Shown in pieces: positions 15,797 to 26,855 of a stretch of 64,000 nucleotides of DNA (positions within the stretch are counted from its first letter, which is position 1; each line of letters begins with the position of its first letter). Below the pieces are notes generated by a model. That model had not been told where the DNA came from. It saw only the letters and a program-made list of their open reading frames with translations, and made no database searches. The translations under genes and the position numbers were made by a program. Location: positions 87,792,001 to 87,856,000 of the forward strand of contig NC_043003.1 of assembly GCF_006345805.1 (NCBI RefSeq). Direction: 5' to 3'. This DNA is from Octopus sinensis (taxonomy: Eukaryota).

Positions 15797-17357
15797 TCAT
15801 CATCATCATCATCGTTTAATGTCCGTTTTCCATGCTAGTATTGGTTGGACAGTTTGACCAGGGTCTGGGAAGTCAGGAGCCTGCACCAGGCTCCAGTCTG
15901 ATCTGGCAGTGTTTCTGCAGCTGGATACCCTTCCTAACGCCAACCACTCCGTGAGTGCAGTGGCTGCTTTTTATGTGCCACCAGCACAGGTGCCAGGGGA
16001 GGCTGGCAACAGCTACGATCGGTTGGTGCTTTTTATGTGCCACCAGCACGAAAGCTCATCAAGGCCACGTTCGGATGGTGCTTTTTACATTCCACCAGCA
16101 CAAGTATCACAACTACAATTTCCATTTGATTTTTATTTTGACGTTGATGTACTTGACTCAGTAGGTCTCCTCAAGCACAGCAGGTTGCCCTACAATCCAA
16201 GTTAAGCACAGCAGGCCGTCCTGCGATCCAAGGTACTTTGGATGGGCTGGGGCTGCTATGTGAAGCAGGTGCAGGAAACAGCCATGAACTCACGTTATTT
16301 GTCGGGTCTTCGCAGTCACAGCATATCTCCAGAGATCTCGGTCATTCGTCATTGCCTCTGTGAGGCCCAACATTTGAAAGTCATACTTGACCACCTCATC
16401 CCATGTCTTCCTGGATCTACCTCTACCCCAGATTCCTTCAACTGTTTGGGAGTGGCACTTCTTCACACATCTCTCCTCATCCATTCACAGTACATGACCA
16501 TACCAGCACAAACGTCTCTTTTGTACACCCCATCCGATACTTCTTATGTCCAGCATTTCTCTCAGGGTGCTTACACTCTGTCGTGTATGCACACTGACAT
16601 TACACATCCAGCGGATCATGCAAGCTTCATTTCTTTCAAGCCTACACATGTTCTCTGCAGTCACAGCCCATGTTTCACTACCGTGAAGCATGGCAGTTCG
16701 CACACATGCATCGTACAATCTACCTTTCACTCTGAGCAAGAGACCCTTGGTCACCAGTAGGGGAAGAAGCTTTCTAAACTTTGCCCAGGTTATTCATATT
16801 CTAGTGGTGACACTCTTTGAGCATCCACCCCCACTACTAACTTGGCCACCTAGGTTGCGGAAACTATCAACTACTTCTAGTTTCTTCCCCTGAAGTGTGA
16901 TGGAATCTGTTTTCTGAGTATCTGTGGTGTCTATTGCCCCTGTGCATCTGCCGCACACGAAAGCTATCTTCTCGGTTAATTTTCCTTTGATGTTGCTGCA
17001 CCTCCTATGCGTCCATAGCTTACACTGGGTACATCTCATAGAGTTTCTACCTACACCTTTTCTACAGATCGAGCAGAGCCTGAGGGGATGTTTGATGAGT
17101 TCACCTTCCTACTTACTATAACTTTGGTCTTTGCTACATTGACTCTAAGGCCTTTTGATTCTAAACCTAGCTTCCACACCCGAAATTTCTTTTCTAGTTC
17201 CAGTAATGATTCTGCTATGAGGGCCAGGTCATCGGCATAGAGGAGCTCCCAGGGGCAACCCATCTTGATTTCCTTTGTTATTGCCTGGAGGACTATGATG
17301 AATAAAAGGGGACTGAGGGCTGAACCTTGGTGGACCCCTACTTCTACCCGGAATTCT

Positions 17358-17362
<5 letters not shown>
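15797..17362 (-). mobile_element. Older RTE copy, 5'-truncated at RT motif 4
   Basis: ORF pieces [28 protein letters not shown], an intact C4HC3 finger (..FVCGRC), [10 protein letters not shown] and GRGRSRKTW; (GAT)n tail at 15797. Confidence 0.9.
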
Positions 17363-17395
<33 letters not shown>

Positions 17396-17435
17396 CATGC
17401 ATGCATACATACATATATACATACATACATACATA

Positions 17436-18230
17436 AGGTGCTATTAAAAAGTTCCCAGATTAGTTACATTTAAATGTTTAATAGAAAAAATAACTTATTT
17501 ACCTAAATTTTAACATCATCTCCTACATAGTCACCTTGCACAGCAATACTCCGGTTCCAGCCTTTGTACCACTTTTGGAATCCAGCCTGAAAGTTGTTTT
17601 CCATAAGTAAGTCGAGGACCTTTTGCAATTCACTTTTGATCTCAACAACAGTGGTAAAACAGCAACCTTTGAGCTGCATTTTCATCTTGGGGAAGGGGTG
17701 AAAGTTTTCAGATGCTAAATCTGATGAATAGGGTTGGAGCAAAAGTGATACCATGTTTTTTGGTGAGAAGCTCGTGAGTGAAGAGAGGTTGGTGACAGGG
17801 TATTTTATGAAGAATGCAGTTCTTCATGCTCCGCAGGTCAAGACACTTTCGGTGAATATCTTCTCTCAAATACTTCAAAATGTCACAGTAGAATTTCAAT
17901 TGATGTTCTGGACCTGGGGACAAATTCTTGTACAATACCATGAGTGTCAAAACAAAAATGATGATCATGCTCTTGATCGAGCTACAACTTTGTCATGCCT
18001 TCTTTCGTTGTGGAGATGAAGGGCTCTTCCATTGTGACAACTGCTGCTTCATCTCAGGGTCACACCCATAGACACAACTGTGATGATCCTTGACATGAAG
18101 GTCATCAGCAGCACACTGATGGAGATCTTGACAGACTTTGATGTGATGTTCTTTCTACTTAGTGGTCAGCAGGTACAAGACAAATTTGGCAGTTAAATGC
18201 TGCATGTTCAATTCAGACATTAAGACAGCA
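17436..18230 (-). mobile_element. Mariner 3' fragment
   Basis: ORF remnant QPYSSDLASENFHPFPKMKMQLKG (YSPDLAP-like); TIR-like AGGTGCTATTAAAAAGTTCCCAGATTAG after TA; same family as 26856-32789. Confidence 0.75.
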
Positions 18231-18469
18231 CCAGTTTTGCTCAAAATAGGTGACAAAATCAACTCAATTAGCCACAAGCACTGGAAGTTAACAGGCTGAC
18301 GAAATCAGGGAGGTGAGATAAAATAGACACCATACCAAGGCAATGGACAATCACAAACGAGAATGCAGATATACCCATATCCCGTGATTTCAATCCCTGA
18401 GATATTCCTGTTAGATCTCCTCAGTGGGTCTTGCTGCCTGTAACAATGCACTACAGAAATGACAGGTTG

Positions 18470-18790
18470 TTACTCATGGTTATAAGAATGTTGTAGATAG
18501 TGGAACATTGTTTCATTTTCGAGCGTAAACTCATGTGGAATCCAAATTCCCTCTTTGCATGTATTCACAATTTGCTTGAGATGTTCATGGATATTGGAAC
18601 ATGACACATTAAATTTTTGCACCAAATTTCTGGTGCGTTGGTGTAGATCTGATGCAATAGTCTCATTCAAAAGGTCATCATTCAGAGTAGGTCATCTTCC
18701 AGCATGAGGCTTGTTGGATATGTCAAAATCACCATCTTTAAACCTTTTAAACCACAGCTGGCATATATGAGCTTTCACTGCAACCAGCTT
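18470..18790 (-). mobile_element. Mariner transposase HTH fragment
   Basis: ..TRNLVQKFNVSCSNIHEHLKQI..KEGIWIPHEF resembles the WVPHEL linker motif. Confidence 0.65.
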
Positions 18791-19275
18791 TCACTGTAAA
18801 TAAATAAATATATAAACAGATAGATACATATATCTGTCACATACCTGTGATAAATGTAAGACAGAGATAGACAAAATAAATAAAACTATATAAAGGGCAT
18901 GGATACATATGAAGCGAACCCATACACACACACATGAAACTTCATGGATGGTCATAACAATGTTAACAACAAAACTAACACGGCCAGCAGCAGCAGTGCC
19001 AGTGATGGCAATAACAACAACAAATACCATGATGACAACTTTGTGGACAAACACACATACACAGAGGAATACAGGAACTCTACCATTTTTTTTATTCAGG
19101 TCTTAGAACAGCAGCAGCACAATGGGGTGAAAGGATGGGGCTGAGGGGAAGGCCACACACACACACACACACACACAAACAAGGACACAAACACATGCAC
19201 ACATAAGGATACACATCTAAGAAGAACAGAATGGAATAAATGGAGCAAGAACACACATGGAAACGAAAAGTGTCA

Positions 19276-19303
19276 CTGAAGATGTCACAGATATGTGACG
19301 AAA
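19276..19303 (+). ncRNA. Hammerhead ribozyme core, possibly degenerate
   Basis: CTGAAGA-T-GTCAC-agatat-GTGAC-GAAA: catalytic boxes around a perfect 5-bp helix II; helices I and III poorly formed. Confidence 0.5.
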
Positions 19304-19489
19304 GATTTCCGGACAATGGACATGATTGAAAATAATAAAATAAGAATAGTATTAAACGAGTGAAGAAAAAATTATATAGTGTGTGTTTCATTTGGCAAAA
19401 AAATAAAAAAATCCCGAAATGCAACAATAATATACATTATGTACATTATTTACATTTGACGGATATTTGTCCTCATCTTGTTTGTTGCT

Positions 19490-19535
19490 AACACAACGTT
19501 TCGGATGATATACCCTCCAGCTTTCATCAGGTGTC
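19490..19535 (-). ncRNA. Minimal type I hammerhead ribozyme motif, left arm
   Basis: Minus strand GACAC-CTGATGA-A-AGCTG..CATCC-GAAA-CGTT-GTGTT; helix II carries mismatches. Confidence 0.55.
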
Positions 19536-19584
19536 TTGGGGAAATTTCAAACCTGGGTTTTCATTCCTAAGGTATTTTTCGATG

Positions 19585-19623
<39 letters not shown>

Positions 19624-19728
19624 TCACTGCCTGGAATTGAACTTGGAATCTTGGGGTTTATACCTGTGGGCAATTATGGAAGTGAATTTTCAGGGCTTAT
19701 AAATCTAATATTTTCGAAATTTCCCCAA

Positions 19729-19774
19729 GACACCTGATGAAGGCTGGAGAGTATATCAGCTGAAACGTTGTGTT
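19729..19774 (+). ncRNA. Minimal type I hammerhead ribozyme motif, right arm
   Basis: GACAC / CTGATGA / A / GGCTG-10 nt-CAGCT / GAAA / CGTT / GTGTT: helix I GACAC:GTGTT, 5-bp helix II, palindromic AACGTT helix III, predicted GUU cleavage triplet. Confidence 0.7.
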
Positions 19775-20228
19775 AACAACAAACAAGATGAAGACAGATA
19801 TCCGTCAAATGTAAATAATGTACATAATTCCTCATCTCTTAAATATAGAACTGTAGGACAATAATATAGTTGGCTAGTTAGCAAAAAAACCAAAAGGCGA
19901 ATATATAAATAAGGAAGAGAAAGTAGGAGACAGCAAGGTCTGGAGGGGTATTGCCAAGAAGTTGGTGGAGGTGGGGAATGCTATGATTGGTGAGAATCTA
20001 GGTATATAGAGGGTGAGGGGTGGGGGAAGCAATGACATAGTGAGAAGGGGAGTGAGGACTGGAGTGGGGAGTGTATGAAAAGGAAATGTGAGGAAGAGAA
20101 GAGAAATAGTTTGGGAAAGGGGTATGTAGTTTGGTTTGTTGGGTAGGGTGTGTGAAAATGTTATGTGTGGGTGGAACACAATGCTTCTAGAACTCAGGTT
20201 CACTCTCATGGGCAGGTCTTCTCTAGAT

Positions 20229-20677
20229 GCAGAATAAACAACCCACCTTCTTACTTCCCATTCTTACCTATTAGATGTTCTATCTACAATAGTTTCATCT
20301 TCATCTCATCAAAATTACATCACCAAACTAACAAGATATTGGCTTGTTGGGATATGACTGAAAACTACTCAGAATTTCTTCTCCAATTTTGCTACAGATT
20401 CTGCAATAAGAGTGAGGTCTTCAGCATATAGTGGTTCCCATGGGCCCCAGTTTTGAATTCCTCTGTTATGGCCTGGAGGACTATGATGAATACGAGTAGT
20501 GATGAATAACCCTAGTGAACCCCTACCTGTATGCTAAATAATGACAAAAAGTCATATCCCAACAAGACAATATCTTGTTAGTTTGATGATGTAATTTTGA
20601 GATAAAAATGTAAGTATTATAGATAGAGCATCTAATAGGTAAGAATGGGAAGTAAGAAGGAGGGTTGTTTATTCTGC
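20229..20677. mobile_element. Foldback/MITE-like element with about 130-bp inverted arms enclosing an RTE RT-core fragment
   Basis: 20229-20359 is approximately the reverse complement of 20550-20677; the spacer on the minus strand reads [36 protein letters not shown]. Confidence 0.75.
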
Positions 20678-22158
20678 GGGGACCAAATGGTTTTTATATT
20701 TGTATAAACAGCAGACACACTTGTAATAGACATGACAGTACAGTTGTGGAATGGATACATGTGAAGGAAGAAGCAAAATAAAAGATTCCATTGAATGTGC
20801 AACATTAACTTATAATTCAATTTCATGTAAGAGAGATGGTGAACCTGTAATATAAATGAATGAGGAAGTGTTGTGTGCCAAGCAATACATGAGAAGTGGC
20901 AAAATCACATTTAAGAATTTTGATTTCAAAAAATGAGATGACACAGGATTAATACAAGTAATAATGTACTTTATTGCATTGTTGTTGTTGTTGATGATGA
21001 TGAGGAGGAGGAGGAGGGAAGAGTTTGTCTTTGCAAAAAGTAAGTAAAATAGTTTGTTTCTTTATAGTTGAGTATTGGTAGATAATGAACAAAACACTGA
21101 AGAAACATGTCATTCCAAATATTGGAAGAATTCAGAGAGTGAGTGTAGGAAGATGATATTAGTTAACTTTGTACCCCTGACCCCACTTCTCCTCCTCTTT
21201 GTTAATCATCTTCCCACTTCCATCCATTCCCCCATTCACTTCAGCCATCTCTTCCTTCTGTCACCTATACTCCTCCATTTCTTACCTCCCCATTATCCAC
21301 AAAGCTCATGAACTATGAATGGTTGCCCCACATACCACTCTACCTCCTCCATCCTCAACCAAGCCTATGCATGAGACTTTATTGCTCCATCCTCATCGCT
21401 CAACCTGGGCCAATCATCCCTTCTCGATCTAGCTTCCCACTCACTTCAATCATCACACTCTCATCACCTGTGATGCTTGTTCTTCCACTGCTGCTCATCA
21501 CTCTCTATCTGCCTCTTTTTCTCTGTCTTCTTCCCACACCTTCTCTGCCATCTCAACACCCTCTCTGTCATCTCAATACTCTCTCTCACCTCTCCTTCTC
21601 TTTCTTCAGTGATTCTTATGGATTCACACGACCATCATCTATTTTCTTGTTTTCATGTACTCTTTCCCTCACACTTTCTGCCCATACTCACCCTTACAAT
21701 ATGGAGTAACTCTCGACCCTCACAACCTATTTCATCATTGTTAGCACTGTCCACTCTTTCTCACTTATCAGTGACATTAATCCTCTCTCTTTCTTTCCAT
21801 ACTCCTTCCCCTTTAGTGACTACAATTGCTCTTCCTACAGCCACCCTCTCACAACCACAATAAATCTATTCCTCTCCTCATATTTCACACTCTCTCATCA
21901 CCTAGCCTTAAATCTTCACAAAATATTCAGTATACTCTGTGGTGGCATGCATGAGGAAGGGTATTCAACTATAGAAACCATGCCAAAGTAGACATAAGAG
22001 CACAATGCTGCTATTCAGCTCACTGGACCCTCTCAAATCATCCAACTCATACCACCATGGAGAGCAGATATTAAAATGATGAGGGAGAAGGAGAGGGAGG
22101 ACAGGTGAAGGACTGACATATAATAAAAGAGTACAGTGAGAAATGGTTAGTGCGGTCA

Positions 22159-23901
22159 CTAATTTATAGTGTGAAAGTTGGTAAAAGGAAACTTATCAGA
22201 AGGCAATTTTTATACAAAAATATTCTTTATTAATGAGAGCTGACAAGTAGTAAGAGTGTAGCCTGTATGTATGCATGAGTCAAGGAAAGCTTTATAATTT
22301 ACGTTTGAAAAATAGATTTTGTTGGAAGTCATTATAAGCTAATAAGAACGGAGCTAGCATAAACAAAAATATACCACTCATAACATGACCAGAGTAGTGA
22401 TCTGATGTCATCCAGAATTTTGTGGAGTGAAGTTGGCATAAATGAAATAGGCTGTTCATGATGTAACAAGTCAAGAGCTGATATAATTCAGAGTTAGCTG
22501 CACAAAATTGGTATGAAAAACAAAGAGGTTGTTCCCATACTGTGGCAAGTTGAGAGCTGGTATAATTCAGCGCTAGCAGCATGAAGTTGGTGTGAAAAAC
22601 AAAGCAGCTGTTCCATGTTGAAAGGGAGTTGTTGCTTGTCTGCTGTCTATCTGCTAACTGATTAAAACTTCTGCTTCACTTTATGGGCAGAAAACTGCCT
22701 TTGGTATTCATATGCAAACAGCCCTGTGGTCAGTATATATACTGAAGTTCCTTCCTTCAAAGTTGTACCGGATCTGCTTCACAGAAAGGTAAATCGCCAG
22801 CAATTCATGACTGAACATGCTGCAATGCATTTCAGCTGAGAGAAAAGGGCAAGCAGTTGCAAGTGTTGCTGATGAAATTGCTGATAAAATTGCACTTTGT
22901 CTGGTAGAGGTCAAATGCTACCTTAGTCAATGGTGTGACCACGGTGGCAAGCAGGAAAAATAGAATCCTAATTGAGACAAGGCATGCATTCTAGGTACCA
23001 TCATGCATGCACAAGGCACCCCGAGGTTAAGCAGGGAAATGAAAAGTCAACAAGAAGGGTAGCCACCTTGAAAACCAAATGCACCCACATGGTTGTAAGA
23101 GAAATTCAAAACAGGCACAAAAGAAATGTTTTCCATCTGAACTTAAATAGCAATCACAACATGATAGCTCAAAATATAATAGACAGATTTTACAAGTTAG
23201 CTTCACTCATTTTCGTAGTTTTTGTTTGCTCTGTACTGTTCAATATCATTTTTAAGTGTGTGTAGTTGTATCAGTGTGTAAAGGATGTCACAAGTTGTTC
23301 AAATTTCTCTTTTTATTATAATTTGGAAATAGTTCACAAAGAAATAGGTGTAGGTGGTTGCTAATTTATAGTATGAAAGTTAGTAAAAGGAAACTTATCA
23401 GAAGGCAGTTTTTATACAAAAATATTCTTTATTAATGAGAGCTGACAAGTAGTAAGAACATAGCCTGTGTGTATGCATAAGTCAGGGAAAGTTTTATAAC
23501 TTACATTTGAAAAACAGATTTTGTTGGAAGTCATTATAAGCTAATAGGAGTGGAACTAACACAAACAAAAATATACCGCTCATAACATGACCAGAGTAGT
23601 GGGCTGATGTCATCCAGAATTTAGCAGAGTGAGGTTGGCATAAATAAATGTGATAAGTCAAGAGCTGATATAATTCAGAAATAGCTGCATGAAGTTGGTG
23701 TGAAATACAAAGAGGCTGTTCCCATGCTATGGCAGGTTGAGAGCTGGTATAATTCAGAGCTAGTGGCACAAAATTAGTGTGAAAAACAAAGAGGTTGTTC
23801 CATGTTGAAAGAGAGATGTTGCTTGTCTGCCATCTATCTGCAAACTGATTAAAACTCCTGCTTCACTTCTTGGGCAGATAACTGCTTTTGGTATTCATAT
23901 G
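22159..23901 (-). mobile_element. Pair of about 550-bp direct repeats (22159-22714, 23361-23901) flanking a Gypsy RNase H remnant; possible deleted LTR element
   Basis: Repeats align over their full length with moderate divergence; ORF 22708-22914 contains FSHELLAIYLSVKQ..FEGRNFSIYTDH. Confidence 0.65.
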
Positions 23902-25299
23902 TACCCAGCTCTGATTGGCTGGAGAATGCCATAGCACAACTGTGCTATGATGCAATCACTAAAATAACTTTTCTGACATGCTATGGTGGTAATGCAACAT
24001 GTATGATGAGAGAGTGATAATTTGAAGTCAATAAGTTCTAAGAATTAACATTTACTGTAGCAGCAATAATAGCAAGTCGGAGTAGCACACAACCAAATGA
24101 GAGGTTTGTATCCAATCACAGACACTTAACTCTTAAAATGCTATAGTATTATAAATAGGTAGAAGCTACTTGTTGTAGATAATGGAAACACTGTAAAATT
24201 GATAAATATTTTATCAACCTGCTTTAGTGCTGAGCCTCAGTTTAAAGTCTATTGTTTCAGTCTGCTGTATCACTGGATCCAGGATCTGGTTGTGAACATG
24301 TGCAGTGATAAGCAACTCAAACTTGCTACAAAAGACAACCATGAGCAGTTAATGGTCTTAATGAACAGTTTTACTGCTGTAAATTGGTAAACCAGTTTCG
24401 TTTCTGTTTGTAATCATTTCATTTATTAGTTGCAGTTGACCAAGTGGATAGAGGGTTGAGAAAACAATGATCCCCATCCTGTTAATGTTATCATACTTAC
24501 AATCTAGCTTACCAAACTGTAAATAGATTCTACTTTAACCAATTTCAGTACTGTGTAATTGCACATAAATCCCTGAGCAAATGAACATAGTAACTTCTTA
24601 TTTCTCACTTTTATATATCTAAAGTATTTTACCTTTGCAAAAAATCTGAACTACAAAGACAAAACACATGACTCTCGTACTGAGTTGATAGTAAGCTAAA
24701 GGCTAAAAATTATATTTATCTAGGTTTCAAGACTGATTTTAACTACTGATGAAGCAATTGTAAGGATCTTTTGTATCACCCACAGTTACTATGCAGGATA
24801 TGTAAAGATGCAAGATAGGAAATTATATATTCACCATTTAAAATATAGTAAATTATATATTCACTGTATGAAATGTACAGAGGATGCACAAAAAGAAATT
24901 ATATATTTCATCAAATGAATCATATGATATATACTAAATATGCAAACATGATTTCAAGGTTGCAGGTGAATACCATGACTTAAAAATTTATTCTCAGAGA
25001 GCATTAAGCATACAACTTAGGTTTCATTTACCAGTTGGGAAGGATTCAGAGACATTGCTAATTCTTTTAGAAAATTTATTAACTTCAAACCATCCTGAAA
25101 ATCTCAAGGATCACACAAACTAGGAGTTTTTGAATTGTAATATTTACAGCTTATCTTGAGAGTGTTATTATGAGGTAGATGTAAAAATGCTTCCATAAGA
25201 AAAACTCTTCACAAAACATACACCAGTCTGTGTGCATGTACAAGTGTGAGAAGCTACTCTTGAGTGCTGCTGCTAACATGTAACTCAGTACATTGTGTT

Positions 25300-26853
25300 G
25301 CATGATTGGGTTGTTGGGGATGAAGCTGACATTACCAAGCCTGTATGGTAAGTAAGGTGGCTTTTGAACACCCTGTGGGATGAAAGACAAGACCTGTCAA
25401 AGGGCAGATGAACTTAGGAGAGTCAACAGTCATCCAATTAAAATCACCAGGAGTGACTTGTAACTGTTGTCACAGAATCCTTCTAGGAGAAGGAAACACA
25501 GCTGCAAAACCTAGTTTAATGCAATTACTGATCATCTTGCTTTGCTCTGTCACTGCACTGAGTCCTAATCAGAGACTCAGTCAGCAGTGCTCATTTTGTG
25601 CAAGCATTTATCACTTTAATCCAATGACGTACAGATGTCTCTTTATGGTGACCTCATTTGTCATTTGACATTCCATCTATTGGAAATCCTATGGTGATGG
25701 AAGGTGGTGATGTGTGGAACCTAACCAGTTGGAAGTGCAGGTACAAATCTGTACATAGATAACAAGTTTTATCTTAACATTGTTGCTGTGTCTTCCTGCG
25801 ATGAGGACCAAGTCCTGTGGACCTTCTTGTGACTGAGCAGCCTTCTTTTTTAAGAAGGTGCTAGAAAAGATGCACTAAACACTGCCTGTCACATTGATGC
25901 TGGTTAGCTTCCTGCGATTAGAGGTAGTTCATTTAAGCAGGAACAGGAAAAATGTAAAACATACTAAAGTATTTGCAAAAGACTCAGTTAAACTCAATAT
26001 TTATTCCTGGAATGTTAGATCCACCTGGACCAAATGTCATCTAATTTTCCTGAATGAAGATCAGTAATTACACATAGATATTGCAGCTTTGTCTGAAAAA
26101 TGTCTCTCCAAGAAAGATTAGCTTACTGAAATATCATCATTCTTCTGGGTTGGCAAATCAAAAAGCAAACAGAGAGTGTGGTGTCAGTTCTGTGATCAGA
26201 ATAACTTTTGTAGAACATTTAAAGTGTCCTTTTAGAATCACTGGTTGCATAATAAAGCTTTGCTTTTCTTTTTCCTATAGACAGTGTGTGACAATTTTGT
26301 CAGTTTATGCTCCAACTCTCCAAGCCAATGAAGAAATTATCTTGACTTAGTACAAAATCTTCATACTACTATTATATCCACACTGGTTGATGAAAAACTG
26401 ATCATTCTTGGCAGTTTCAATGAATGAGCTCATAGAGTTTATAAAACATGGGATATATCTGGCCATCATGGTGTCATTAAAGTGAATGCTAATGGTTTAA
26501 AGTTACTTAGACTTTGTCGTTTGCATAAAAAAACTTCATCAAAAATTTTAGCACATGGACTTAACTGAGATCTAGGAATGGCCACATAATTCTTGTTATC
26601 ATTCACGAATGTGACCATAGCAATCCGTGTAATGTGCAAATGATGCAAGACACAAAACGTGACACAGATCACAGGATAGTGTGAAGAAAGTTTAAATATG
26701 AATCTGTAAAAAGATTCATATTAGTGGGGTGCAGACTTCAAAGTACATGGATATTACAAAATTGAAACTGATAGAGATGTATGTGAAACCTTAAACAAAA
26801 AACTAGTTAGTCTTGACTTTGATAGAATATGCAAGAACTTTAAAAGTCAAGTG
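25300..26853 (+). pseudogene. Degenerate BovB-like RTE, 5' part; continues at 32792-33250
   Basis: Remnants KLNIYSWNVRS, ILSVYAPTLQANEE, LIILGSFN and NANGLKLLRLC. Confidence 0.7.
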
Positions 26854-26855
26854 TA

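Larger units (their letters stand above)
19436..19828. mobile_element. Inverted-repeat element with 113-bp arms, each carrying a hammerhead motif (Penelope pLTR/retrozyme-like)
   Basis: 19436-19548 is the reverse complement of 19716-19828 with few mismatches; about 167-bp spacer including (TTA)n. Confidence 0.8.

Noticed and set aside
21150-21910. Hydrophobic L/S/P-rich ORFs resembling membrane proteins
   Set aside because: They come from pyrimidine-rich low-complexity tracts attached to old RTE 3' regions; similar tracts occur at 12.8-13.3 kb and 19.9-20.2 kb.
23930-23949. Perfect 9-bp hairpin CATAGCACA-AC-TGTGCTATG
   Set aside because: Isolated and short, with no supporting context; plausible by chance in 64 kb.
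24261-24387. Exon-like segment on the plus strand (TTTCAG..TG|GTAAAC)
   Set aside because: The open frame resembles no protein I recognise, and no compatible neighbouring exons were found.
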